DNA from: Thermoleophilaceae bacterium
Lineage (GTDB): Bacteria > Actinomycetota > Thermoleophilia > Solirubrobacterales > Thermoleophilaceae
NCBI GenBank assembly: GCA_013812065.1
Contig: JACCUC010000225.1
Coordinates: 1-37,677 of the forward strand
Length of the DNA: 37,677 bases
Direction: 5' to 3'
Positions within the stretch are counted from its first letter, which is position 1; each line of letters begins with the position of its first letter. Under the pieces are notes generated by a model. It was not told where the DNA came from. It did not search any database and saw only the letters and a list, made by a program, of their open reading frames with translations. The position numbers and the translations under genes are program-made. Positions 1-8,149 of the stretch are shown in pieces.

Positions 1-1
1 A

Positions 2-931
2 CTCGGCCCTCCGGGCGTCGACGTCGAGGCCTTCCGGCCGCGCCCCCGCGCAGAGGCCGGCCGCCGCCTCACTGCCCTGGCCGATCGCCTCGACACCGCC
101 GAGGTTGCCTCCTGGGGCGGCGAGACCGGCGCGGCGGCGGCGCTGCGCGAGCTCGATCCCCACCGCCACCGGATCGTGAGCTTCGTGGGCAAGCTGATCG
201 TGTCCAAGGGGGTCGACCTCCTGCTCGCCGCCTGGCCGCTCGTGGTCCGCGACGTCCCGGACGCAAGGCTCGTCGTCGTCGGCTTCGGGACCTATCGTGA
301 CGGCCTCCTGCGGTTCCTCCGCGCCCTGGGCGAAGGCGATTTCGCCGCGGCGCGCGAAGTCGCCGCACGCGGTCGCGAGCTCGAGGGCGGGCGGACAGGG
401 GAGCTCGGCCACCTCGCCGCCTTCCTCGACTCACTAGACGGCGAGCGCCGCGGCGCCTACCTGGACGCCGCGCGCTCCTGTGCCGAGACCGTCAGCCTCA
501 CCGGCCGCCTCGACCACTCGGACCTTGCCGACCTCCTGCCCGCCTGCGAGGCCCAGGTCGTCCCGAGCACGTTCCCGGAGGCCTTTGGCATGGTGGCCGC
601 CGAGGCCGCGGCCTGCGGCGCGCTGCCCCTGTCGGCCGCCCACTCGGGCCTCGCCGAGGTCACCGCGGTGCTAACCGCCGCCCTCGAGGAGCCGCTGCGG
701 CCACTGCTCTCGTTCGAGCGCGGTCCACGTGCCGTCGAGGAGATCGCGGCCAAGCTTGTCGAGTTTCTTCGACTCGAGCCCGCTCGCCGCGGGCGGATCT
801 CCAAGGCGCTCGCCGAGCTCGCGCGCGAGCGCTTCGGCTGGGAGGGCGTCGCCGGCGGGGTGATCGCCGCGGCACAGGGCCGGCTCGGCGAGCTCGCCGA
901 GCCGCTCGGTCTCTCCGACGGTGGCCGTTAG
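2..931 (+). CDS. Glycosyltransferase (GT-B fold, GT4-like), C-terminal part; 5' end lies outside the window
   Basis: Frame 2 is open from the window edge (LGPPGVDVEAFRP...IVSFVGKLIVSKGVDLLLAAW...ARLVVVGFG...VVPSTFPEAFGMVAAEAAACGALPL). This is the typical GT4 C-terminal Rossmann / E-x7-E region, so the start listed at 176 is internal. The stop TAG at 929-931 abuts the IS end. Confidence 0.7.
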   Translation, partial: LGPPGVDVEAFRPRPRAEAGRRLTALADRLDTAEVASWGGETGAAAALRELDPHRHRIVSFVGKLIVSKGVDLLLAAWPLVVRDVPDARLVVVGFGTYRDGLLRFLRALGEGDFAAAREVAARGRELEGGRTGELGHLAAFLDSLDGERRGAYLDAARSCAETVSLTGRLDHSDLADLLPACEAQVVPSTFPEAFGMVAAEAAACGALPLSAAHSGLAEVTAVLTAALEEPLRPLLSFERGPRAVEEIAAKLVEFLRLEPARRGRISKALAELARERFGWEGVAGGVIAAAQGRLGELAEPLGLSDGGR

Positions 932-2188
932 GGCTCGTCACTTATTAACCCCACGGCTTGATGGGCTGATCGCGTAGTTCCACTCGGGGTGGAACTCGTC
1001 CCCGGTGAGGTTGACGGCGGCGAGCTCTCGGTCTGGGATCTTGATCCCCTTCGGGTAGTCGCGCTCGTCGAGGCGCGCGTAGACCTCGAGCCCGGTGCGG
1101 GTCTTGGTCGCGGCGATCAGATTGATGATCACCTGGTGGGAGACGAGCGGCTTGCCGCGCCAGTTCTGGCTGATGAACGAGAACAGGCGGTGCTCGATCC
1201 TGTTCCACTTCGAGGTTCCCGGGGGGAAGTGGCAGACGTGCACCTGCAGGCCGGTCTCGTCCGCGAAGCGCTGCAGCTCGGTCTTCCAAAGGCGGGTGCG
1301 GTTGCCGTTTGAGCCGCCGCAGTCGGCGGTGATCGTCAGGCTCTTTGCCTCGGGGTAGCGCTCGCGCCCGAGCTGCTCCCACCAAGCGCCGATCGAGGCG
1401 ACCGAGAAAGCAGCGGTGTCGGCGGTGATCCCGACCGAGACGAGCCCGGCGTCCTGGGCGATGTCATAGACCCCGTAGGGGATCGCCTTGCCGAGCTCTT
1501 TGTCCTTGAAGTCGTGAACGCGAACCGGGATCGGCTGCCCCTGCGGGCGCAGCTCGCGTCCCACCGCCTTGAAGTCCCCGACCAGCTCCTTCTTCTTCGT
1601 GTCGATCGAGATCGCCGGCTCGCCGGCCTCAAGCGCCGCCCCCACCTTCGAGTTGATGTGGCGAAACTGGGCGTCGCGGTCGGGGTGCTGTGAGCCCTCC
1701 TTGGTCTTGCTGTTTGCCTGCAGGCTGTAGTCGAGCGCTCGCAAGAGCCGCGCGACCGTCATGTGGCTGACCTCGTGGCCGAGCTCTCGCAGACCCTCGG
1801 CGAGCTTCCTGACGCTCTTCGCAGTCCAGCGCAGCGGCTGCTCGGGATCGCCGCGAGAGTCCACGTCGACGAGGCACTCGAGGTCAGAGACCAGCGTCGG
1901 ATCGGACTCGACAAGCGACTTGCGACCACCGCCGGCCCGGCGCACCCGGCCCGGCTCGAGCTGCTCGCCTGACTCGAGATCGCGCAGACCATTTCGGATC
2001 GTCAGCTCTGCCATCCCGGTCGCCCGCGCGACTGCCGCTATCCCGCCCCGCCCAGCCGCGCGCGCCTCCGAAGCCGCCCACAGGCGCCGGCGACGCTCGT
2101 CGAGCTCCCCCGCCAACGCGCGGTAGCGCTCGCCGATCGCGTGCTCGTCGATCACACCCCAGCAGTTCTACATAACCGGGACGATCCC
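931..2188 (-). mobile_element. ISAzo13-family insertion sequence (~1.26 kb, single transposase ORF)
   Basis: Imperfect terminal inverted repeats: GGGCTCGTCAC-TTAT at 931-946, against the reverse complement of the right end, GGGATCGTCCCGGTTAT, ending at 2188. The transposase ORF fills nearly the whole element. GC content looks lower than the flanks by eye. I found no convincing target-site duplication. Confidence 0.65.
938..2155 (-). CDS. ISAzo13-family DDE transposase
   Basis: 405 aa. Family-typical N-terminus (ERYRALAGELDERRRRLWAASEA...GGIAAVARATG) and DDE region (ISIDTKKKELVGDFK...PYGVYD...ITADCGGSNGNRTRLWK...HFPPGTSKWNRIEHRLFSFISQNWRGKPL). Confidence 0.9.
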   Translation of the reverse strand: MIDEHAIGERYRALAGELDERRRRLWAASEARAAGRGGIAAVARATGMAELTIRNGLRDLESGEQLEPGRVRRAGGGRKSLVESDPTLVSDLECLVDVDSRGDPEQPLRWTAKSVRKLAEGLRELGHEVSHMTVARLLRALDYSLQANSKTKEGSQHPDRDAQFRHINSKVGAALEAGEPAISIDTKKKELVGDFKAVGRELRPQGQPIPVRVHDFKDKELGKAIPYGVYDIAQDAGLVSVGITADTAAFSVASIGAWWEQLGRERYPEAKSLTITADCGGSNGNRTRLWKTELQRFADETGLQVHVCHFPPGTSKWNRIEHRLFSFISQNWRGKPLVSHQVIINLIAATKTRTGLEVYARLDERDYPKGIKIPDRELAAVNLTGDEFHPEWNYAISPSSRGVNK

Positions 2189-2202
2189 TTCAGCTTGTTC
2201 TG

Positions 2203-2424
2203 TTACGATTCCTTAGCCAGGTTCTTGACGAACGGAGTCCTCGCCTCCGTGTTCGCGACCTTGGCCATCTCGACGGCCGAGGTGTGGTGAGGGAGCATGC
2301 TGTCAAGAAAGGCATTCTCTTGGTCGTTTCCGGTTGGTGCCTCCGAGGCGCCACCCCCGCACGCGGACAGGCCAACGGCGAGGACGAGGGCAGCGGGCAG
2401 GGTCAGGACTCTGAGGAATCGCAT
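2203..2424 (-). pseudogene. Truncated DUF305-family lipoprotein (only ~70 N-terminal residues remain)
   Basis: Lipobox signal peptide (LAVGLSAC) followed by the first DUF305 helix (FLDSMLPHHTSAVEMAKVA). The ORF stops after ...FVKNLAKES, 15 bp from the IS right end. The full-length paralog at 8331-9041 is 236 aa with two such repeats. A GAAGGAGA Shine-Dalgarno sequence lies upstream of the ATG. Confidence 0.6.
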
Positions 2425-2630
2425 CGACTTGGTCGGTCTCCTTCTCGTGGCTCATAGGGACGCACGGTGGACGCCCAAGAGGTACCCGCAGGAGGTAGAG
2501 GCTACCGAGCCCGCCGGTCATGCAGCGAGGCGCCTGGTGTTTTATGCAGCACCTCTCCGCCCTCAGCGTAGCTGCCTCCACCCAGGGGCGGGTTGATTGG
2601 AACGGCTGGTGAGTGGAGACCTGCGTACCA

Positions 2631-4157
2631 TCAGCTGACTTCGAGGTGGCGCATCATCCCCGCCTCCTGGTGGTAGGCGTTGTGGCAGTGAAAGGCCCAC
2701 CGACCGGGATTGTCGGCGACCCATTCGACGCTGAGCTCCTCCATCGGCGCCAAGACGACGGTGTCCTTCAGAGGAGGCGTGGCCGTCCGCCCGGCCAGGG
2801 GTCGGAAGGAGTGGCCGTGCAGGTGCATCGGGTGAGGCATCATCGTCCGGTTGCGGAGCACGAAGCGCACCCGCTCGCCCCTGTCGAGCTTGAGCATCTC
2901 GGCGTGCGCGAACGGCCGGGCGCCGATCGTCCACTGGTAAGCCCCCATCCCCATGCTCAGGTCGAGAGGGACGGCCCGAACGTCGCCGGGTGGCTCGGCC
3001 TCACTCTCCTGCGCGCCGACCAGATCGGCGTGGGTCAGCAGTCGACGGGGGATGCGCACGCGAGCGGCGGGTGCCGGAGCGCGGCGTCGCTCCCCCGCGT
3101 AGCGCAAGCTCGCGACGGCGCGCCCCGCCTTGCCGAGGGGAACCGCGACAAGTCTGGCGCTGTCGCGGCGGGCGTCGAGGAGGACGTCGAGGCGCTCGCC
3201 CATGCCCATGAGAACGGCGTCTGTGGTGACCTGACGGACGGGCAGTCCGTCGGCGTGAGTCACTCGCAGCTCGTGATCCTCGACGAACACGGCGTAGATG
3301 GTGTCGGCGCCAGAGTTGACCAGCCGGAGGCGGACGCGCTCGCCGCGACGCACGTCGATCTGCGCCGGCGCCTCGGGCGGACGGCCGTTGATCAGGTGAA
3401 GAGGGTATTCCACGTCACCACCGTCGACCTGACCGGCCAGCGCGGCGTTGGTCATGGCCACGTGCCGGGAGGCCAGCCGGTTGGAGGGGTCAAGCGGCGC
3501 GAATGGGCCGCTCGGCGGTCGAGCGCCCATCCTCATCCCGCCGTGCATGGCCATGCCCTCCCGCCGCAGCGCATCGAGGCGGGCCTCCGGCGTTCCCGAG
3601 ACCCCGTCCAGCCAGTCGTCGACCAGGACGACCGCCTCCCTGTCGTAGTCGAGCTCCTCGTGTCGCGGTTCGACGATCAGCGGGGCGTACAGACCGCGAT
3701 CGAGCTGCATGCCGAAGTGGGAGTGGAAGAAGAAGGTGCCCGCGTCGGGAGGTGTGAACTCGTACAGGTAGCTCTCGCCCGGCTCGACGGCGTCCTGGGT
3801 GAGACCCGGAACGCCGTCGGCGGCGTTGTTTCGCAGTCGGACGCCGTGCCAGTGGATGCTCGTCGGCTCGGTGAGCGCGTTGTCGACGCGGATGCGTACC
3901 GGCCGGCCCTGACGCAGACGGATCTCGCGACCCGGGAGGCGTCCGTCGTAGGTCCAGGTGCTCACGTGCCGGCGCCCGAGCTCGACCTCCGCCGGGCGTG
4001 GGCGCAGCACAAGGTCGGCCGGCTCGGGCCCGGCGGCGACGCGCCCGAGGGCATAGCCGCCGAGGGCCAGAGTGCCCGCTCCCCCGCCGGCGGCGACGAG
4101 CAGCCGCCGCCGCGTGAAGCGACCCTGCACGCTGGCGAGCCTTTGTTGGTCGGACAT
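2631..4157 (-). CDS. Three-domain multicopper oxidase (CopA/CueO/PcoA-like), Tat-exported
   Basis: The real start is the internal ATG at 4157 (MSDQQRLASVQGRFTRRRLLVAAGGGAG, a twin-arginine signal). Copper-ligand motifs are present: HWHG, HSHF, HPMHLHGH and HCHNAYHQEAGMM. There is a Met-rich loop (REGMAMHGGMRMG). The ATG overlaps the lgt stop codon (ATGA). Confidence 0.9.
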   Translation of the reverse strand: MSDQQRLASVQGRFTRRRLLVAAGGGAGTLALGGYALGRVAAGPEPADLVLRPRPAEVELGRRHVSTWTYDGRLPGREIRLRQGRPVRIRVDNALTEPTSIHWHGVRLRNNAADGVPGLTQDAVEPGESYLYEFTPPDAGTFFFHSHFGMQLDRGLYAPLIVEPRHEELDYDREAVVLVDDWLDGVSGTPEARLDALRREGMAMHGGMRMGARPPSGPFAPLDPSNRLASRHVAMTNAALAGQVDGGDVEYPLHLINGRPPEAPAQIDVRRGERVRLRLVNSGADTIYAVFVEDHELRVTHADGLPVRQVTTDAVLMGMGERLDVLLDARRDSARLVAVPLGKAGRAVASLRYAGERRRAPAPAARVRIPRRLLTHADLVGAQESEAEPPGDVRAVPLDLSMGMGAYQWTIGARPFAHAEMLKLDRGERVRFVLRNRTMMPHPMHLHGHSFRPLAGRTATPPLKDTVVLAPMEELSVEWVADNPGRWAFHCHNAYHQEAGMMRHLEVS

Positions 4158-4975
4158 CAGGTGCGTTCCCTCATACGAACGTCCGGGTCGACCCCACCTT
4201 CTCCGAGCCCGTAGCGTCGACGCGCCCACAACGCTCCAAGCCCAGCGACGAGGATCAGAACGACGCTCGTCCATTGAGTATCCGATAGCCCGAGCGCGAG
4301 CTCCGTGCTGTCGAGCCGGAAGAAGGACTCGACGAAGCGTCCGGCGGCGTACAGGGCGAGGACCGCCCACAGGAGCATCGTCGGACGGTGAAAGCGGTGG
4401 CGGAGGGGCCACAGAAGCGCGAAGATCGCCGCGCCGAGCAGGACCTCGTAGAGGCCACCCGAATGGAAGGCGACCGCGGGGTCGGGCGTGTCCGCGTCCG
4501 GGTGGGTGTTGCGTACGGCGAGGAAGAAGTCTGACGGCGGACCGTAGTGCTCGCCGTTGATGACGTCGCCGATTCGCCCGACCGCGAGGCCGAGCGCAAA
4601 GCCGACGGCGACCGAGTCGAGGTAGCGCAGGCTGAGGCGCTCGCGGCGAATGTATGCGCCGATCGCCACGGCGACGAGCACGACTCCCCCGTTCAGGGAG
4701 AAGCCGCGCGTTCCGAGCCATTCCCCCGGATCGGCGATCTGCCCGCTCTCGATCAGGTGAAGCAGCCGGGCGCCCACGATGCCGAAGACCACAACCAGCA
4801 GCCCGATCGTCGACAGTCGCTCGGTGTCGAGTTCCAGCTCACGGGCGTGGCGGGCGGTCGCGAGGGCGCCGATGACGATCCCGACCGCGATCGCGATGCC
4901 GTGCCAGGCGAGCGTGATCGGCCCCAGCTCGATCGTCGGGTCGATCCCAATCTCGATGACCGACAACGCGCTCAC
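4157..4975 (-). CDS. lgt: Prolipoprotein diacylglyceryl transferase (Lgt) paralog
   Basis: 272 aa polytopic membrane protein with Lgt-like blocks (ITLAWHGIAIAVGIV, GIVGARLLH, GRIGDVINGEHYG, HSGGLYEVL). GTG start at 4975, 3 nt after the ccdA stop. Confidence 0.8.
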   Translation of the reverse strand: MSALSVIEIGIDPTIELGPITLAWHGIAIAVGIVIGALATARHARELELDTERLSTIGLLVVVFGIVGARLLHLIESGQIADPGEWLGTRGFSLNGGVVLVAVAIGAYIRRERLSLRYLDSVAVGFALGLAVGRIGDVINGEHYGPPSDFFLAVRNTHPDADTPDPAVAFHSGGLYEVLLGAAIFALLWPLRHRFHRPTMLLWAVLALYAAGRFVESFFRLDSTELALGLSDTQWTSVVLILVAGLGALWARRRYGLGEGGVDPDVRMRERT

Positions 4976-4978
4976 CGG

Positions 4979-5710
4979 CTAGAGCGACTGCCAGATGTTG
5001 AGCCCGAGCCCGTCGAGGGCCTGCTGAACCTCGATGTTGAGGCGAAACAGCTCCCCGGAGAGAACGAGCCCACCCATGGCCACGAGCACGATCCCCGAGG
5101 CGACCTGAACGAGCGGATAGCGGCGCCGCAGCCAGGAGAAACGCTGCGTGCCGGCGGTGTAGGCGAGCGACGAGAGCAGGAACGGCACGCCGAGTCCGGC
5201 GGAGTAGATCGCGAGCAACAGTGCCCCCTGGCCGACCGTCGTCTGGGTCGAGGCGAGACCCAGGACGGCCCCGAGGGTCGGCCCGACGCACGGCGTCCAG
5301 GCGACGGCGAAGGACGCGCCCGCGACCACCGGCCCGCCTCGCCCCGCTCGCGCCACGAGCCAGTCCGGACGCCACTCCCGGTTCAGGCGGACGACGGCGA
5401 CCGAGGCGATGAAGAGCAGCCCCATCACGAGGATGAGCACGCCGGCGATGGCGTTGAGGGTGTCGCGGCTGTCGAAGAGGATCGCGCCGAGGGCAGTCGC
5501 CGTCAGCCCGAGGAAGACGAAAATGGCCGAGAAGGTGCCGACGAAGGCGAGGCTGCGAGCGAGGACCCGGCGGTCGAGGCGGCGCCCATCGCCGGGTGCC
5601 GCGCCGCCGACCGCGGCGAGATACCCCGGCACGAGCGGGAGGCAGCACGGCGATATGAACGACACAAATCCGGCGGCGAAGGCCAAGGCCATGCCCGGGG
5701 CGTCGACCAC
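4979..5710 (-). CDS. ccdA: Cytochrome c biogenesis / thiol-disulfide transporter CcdA (DsbD-beta family)
   Basis: Six-TM protein with the two conserved Cys motifs FISPCCLPLVPGYL and WTPCVGPTLGAVL. Confidence 0.85.
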   Translation of the reverse strand: MVDAPGMALAFAAGFVSFISPCCLPLVPGYLAAVGGAAPGDGRRLDRRVLARSLAFVGTFSAIFVFLGLTATALGAILFDSRDTLNAIAGVLILVMGLLFIASVAVVRLNREWRPDWLVARAGRGGPVVAGASFAVAWTPCVGPTLGAVLGLASTQTTVGQGALLLAIYSAGLGVPFLLSSLAYTAGTQRFSWLRRRYPLVQVASGIVLVAMGGLVLSGELFRLNIEVQQALDGLGLNIWQSL

Positions 5711-5713
5711 CGA

Positions 5714-6403
5714 CTAGGAGCGCTCTGCCTCGTCGAGGAGGACGCCGAGGTCGTGGGCGATGTCCGCGGGGGGGACCGGGAAACCTGCCGAGAACTTCGT
5801 GCGCCAGCGCCCGCGGGCGTCGACGAGCCACATGTTCGAGGTGTGACGGCTCTGCTCGTTGGCGGGATCCTGTGAGCCTACGTAGTAGCTATCCCAGACC
5901 GGCTCGAGCTCTCGCCTCGAACCAACGAGGAAGCGGAAGTTCGCTGGGAGCCGGTAGCGGCGCAGCCAGCGCCGCGCCGCGGCGGGGGTATCGCCCTTCG
6001 GCTCGACGCTGACGGCGAGGATGGTGAGGTCGTCGGCCCGGGGACCGAGCTGCTTCAGCGCCTGGCGGAGTTCCGCGGCGATCGTCGGACAGGTGTCGCC
6101 AGGCGGGCAGTTCGTGTAGAGGAAGGTCACCAGGTAGGGCCGGCCGGCGAGCCGCCGGGTGTCGACGGGTCGACCGCGGGCGTCTGAGAGCCGGAAGTCG
6201 GGCGCGGGCCGGCCGACGATGCCGTCGGGCAGCTTGCTGCCTCGGAACGGGCCGGTCCGCGGTTCGGACTGTGCGACCTGACCCGCCGTCGACGCGGTTC
6301 TCGCGCCGGAGCGCTCGAGTAAGACGTAGACCAGCGCGCCCGCCCATAACACGAGGAGGGCGGCGAAGCCGGCTAGGAGCACGCGGCGGAGGCCGACCGG
6401 CAT
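5714..6403 (-). CDS. SCO1/SenC-family copper chaperone / thioredoxin-like protein (atypical Cys spacing)
   Basis: N-terminal TM anchor and a thioredoxin fold (YLVTFLYTNCPPGDTCPTIAAEL...SRHTSNMWLVD). The Cys pair is C-x5-C rather than the usual CxxxC. The start ATG overlaps the upstream gene's stop (ATGA at 6401-6405). Confidence 0.8.
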   Translation of the reverse strand: MPVGLRRVLLAGFAALLVLWAGALVYVLLERSGARTASTAGQVAQSEPRTGPFRGSKLPDGIVGRPAPDFRLSDARGRPVDTRRLAGRPYLVTFLYTNCPPGDTCPTIAAELRQALKQLGPRADDLTILAVSVEPKGDTPAAARRWLRRYRLPANFRFLVGSRRELEPVWDSYYVGSQDPANEQSRHTSNMWLVDARGRWRTKFSAGFPVPPADIAHDLGVLLDEAERS

Positions 6404-7356
6404 CAGACCTGAGTGCGCAGACTCCAGGAGGCGCCGCCATCTGACGAGCGCATGACCCGGTTGTCAGAGAGGGCGACATAGAGGTCGTTTCCGGCGGCCA
6501 TGAAGGAGACGGGTTCGCCGGGCACCCTCCCGGTGGGGCGGAACCTCCGTCCGCCGTCGAGGCTCATGGCGACCTCTCCCTCGGCGTCGAGGATGAAGAG
6601 GCGCTCGGGCGCCGCCCAGGCCACGAGCGCGATCTGCTCACCAAGGCGCCGCCAGCTCCGGCCAACGTCGCTCGAGGCGGAGAGCCCCGAGTCAGTTGAC
6701 GCGATCAGGCGGTCGGGATCGCGCGGGTCGATGGTCAGGTCGACGAGCGTTCCGGGCGGGTCGGGCAGCTCGGTCCACGACCGGCCGCCGTCGCCGCTCG
6801 CCAGGAAGCGGCCGCTCGAGCCGTCGAAGCCGTAGACGCGGCTTCCGGACGCTCGCAGGACGTGGAAGTCGGCCTCACCGAGCAGAGAGACCGGCCGGAA
6901 GGTGCGGCCCGCGTCTGTCGAGAGGATCAGGCCGAGGCTCGGCGGCAGATCTTCCCCGGCACCGGGGTGCCCCGATCCCAGGAAGCGATTCGGCCCGACG
7001 ATCGAGAAGCCCATGACGTCCTTGCCGGTCGTGCCTACGAGGTGCGCCTGGGTGTCACCGGGCGCGGCGCGGAAGAGCCCGTTGTGGGAGGCGACGAAGA
7101 CGGCTCCGTCGGCGGGGTTCACCCCGAGACCGTGGACGTGCCCTCCCCCGCGCCCCTCGGCGGCCACCTGACCTGCGCCACTGTCGCCACCGTCACCCAC
7201 AGCAACCACGGCGACTGCGGCCACCGCCGCGACGCCCAGCACTGCGGCGACGGCGTAGCCGCGCAGCTTCTTGCGCCGCTCGGCGGCGAGCGCCGCCCGC
7301 TCGCGCTCTACGCGCTGCAGCCGGCGCGTTTCTCGCTTCTCTTGTTGCGTCGCCAC
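6403..7356 (-). CDS. Membrane-anchored Asp-box (BNR) beta-propeller protein, sialidase/Ycf48-like fold
   Basis: N-terminal TM segment, a GGGHVHGLGVNPADGAVFVASHNGLF block, then repeated Asp-box-like motifs (STDAGRTF, SGDGGRSW, SSDVGRSW, SLDGGRRF, SSDGGASW). GTG start at 7356. Confidence 0.65.
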   Translation of the reverse strand: MATQQEKRETRRLQRVERERAALAAERRKKLRGYAVAAVLGVAAVAAVAVVAVGDGGDSGAGQVAAEGRGGGHVHGLGVNPADGAVFVASHNGLFRAAPGDTQAHLVGTTGKDVMGFSIVGPNRFLGSGHPGAGEDLPPSLGLILSTDAGRTFRPVSLLGEADFHVLRASGSRVYGFDGSSGRFLASGDGGRSWTELPDPPGTLVDLTIDPRDPDRLIASTDSGLSASSDVGRSWRRLGEQIALVAWAAPERLFILDAEGEVAMSLDGGRRFRPTGRVPGEPVSFMAAGNDLYVALSDNRVMRSSDGGASWSLRTQV

Positions 7357-7376
7357 CTACGAGCAGTGTAGTAGAG
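7357..7376 (-). promoter_or_regulatory. Recurrent island motif, copy d: CTCTACTACACTGCTCGTAG (read on the minus strand)
   Basis: Fills the 23-nt gap between the tlpA1 stop (7380) and the propeller gene's GTG (7356). It shares TACTACACTG..TCGTAG with copy b and TCTACTAC.CTG with copy c. Confidence 0.45.
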
Positions 7377-7379
7377 AGG

Positions 7380-8090
7380 TTAGGAGGCGGGCTCGAGTTT
7401 GAAGGCCGGCCCCGCGCCGTCGCGGTCAACCCGCGCCGGGCGCCCGGAGAGCGCAGCCTCGATCCCCTCGCGCAGCTCCGCCGCCGAAGCCGCCCCGAGG
7501 ATGTGGGCGACGACGTTCCCGTCGGCGTCGATGAAGAAGGTCTCGGGAAGCCCGACGAGACCCCATCGTCGGGCGACCTCGTTGCCCGGGTCCCGGACGT
7601 TGAGGTAGCTGGTATCAAACTCCCGCAGGAACCGGCGCGCGTCTCCGAGGGAGTCCTGCTGGTTCAGTCCCACAAACAGGACCCCCCGGTCGTGTGCTTT
7701 CTGCCAGGTCCGCTCGAGCAGCGGTGCCTCCTCCCGGCAAGGGTCACACCACGAGGCCCAGAAGTTGACGACCACGGGCGTCCCTCGCAGCTCACCGAGG
7801 TCCACTCGCCGATCGGAGAGCGCCGGCCCGACCGCGCGAGACAGCCGGGGGCCGAGCGCCCCCTCGTGCAGGACCGCCAGCTCGAAGCCGGGTGCCGCGA
7901 CCGCCTCCGCCCGGGCCAGGGCCTCATCGAAGGTCGGCTGCGGCGCGTCGGCGAGGAGGCCGTAGGTGAGGGCGGCGAGCACCAGGACGGGTAGGGACAC
8001 GGCGAGGAGCAGCCGCAGGGTCCGCAAACGTCGCCCTCCTTTGGTCGTGCGGGGGCCCGCGGCGCCGGTTGGGTGGTCCTGAGGTGCCAT
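7380..8090 (-). CDS. TlpA/ResA-family membrane-anchored thiol:disulfide oxidoreductase (copy 1)
   Basis: I chose the start at ATG 8090 (MAPQDHP...), giving a TM anchor ([17 protein letters not shown]) and a thioredoxin domain with [18 protein letters not shown]. The 79 codons upstream in the track ORF are Arg-rich wrong-context sequence that overlaps the ATPase remnant. Confidence 0.8.
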   Translation of the reverse strand: MAPQDHPTGAAGPRTTKGGRRLRTLRLLLAVSLPVLVLAALTYGLLADAPQPTFDEALARAEAVAAPGFELAVLHEGALGPRLSRAVGPALSDRRVDLGELRGTPVVVNFWASWCDPCREEAPLLERTWQKAHDRGVLFVGLNQQDSLGDARRFLREFDTSYLNVRDPGNEVARRWGLVGLPETFFIDADGNVVAHILGAASAAELREGIEAALSGRPARVDRDGAGPAFKLEPAS

Positions 8091-8149
8091 TCGCCCAGCG
8101 TCGATCGAGCTATCGGGTCGAGGCGCTCCGTGTTCTCCATCGGCGCTGG

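Noticed and set aside
926-2195. A target-site duplication flanking the ISAzo13 element.
   Set aside because: The flanks read ...GGCCGTTA and TTCAGCTT... At most a TT dinucleotide is shared, which carries no information. I report the duplication as absent or undetermined.
4158-4721. A 188-codon N-terminal extension of the MCO ORF (the track lists 2631-4721).
   Set aside because: The extension is Arg-rich nonsense and overlaps the well-supported lgt gene in another frame. The internal ATG at 4157 gives a proper Tat signal and an ATGA coupling to lgt.
2613-5875. Long plus-strand ORFs (2613-4214, 533 aa; 4547-5875, 442 aa) antisense to the MCO, lgt and ccdA genes.
   Set aside because: Their translations are Arg/Gly/Asp/Pro-rich with no recognisable domains. 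The opposite strand encodes proteins with unambiguous family motifs. These are typical shadow ORFs of high-GC DNA.
5875-5895. Additional TACTAC / GTAGTA occurrences inside coding regions (for example 5879-5895 in sco, about 11881-11890 in the SHOCT gene, about 22436-22441 in M23-2, and about 33525-33530 in the BNR_4 gene), considered as extra copies of the island motif.
   Set aside because: Each is simply a Tyr-Tyr codon pair (TAC TAC) in frame, and each lacks the downstream CTG..TC(G)TAG part. They were not counted as operator candidates.
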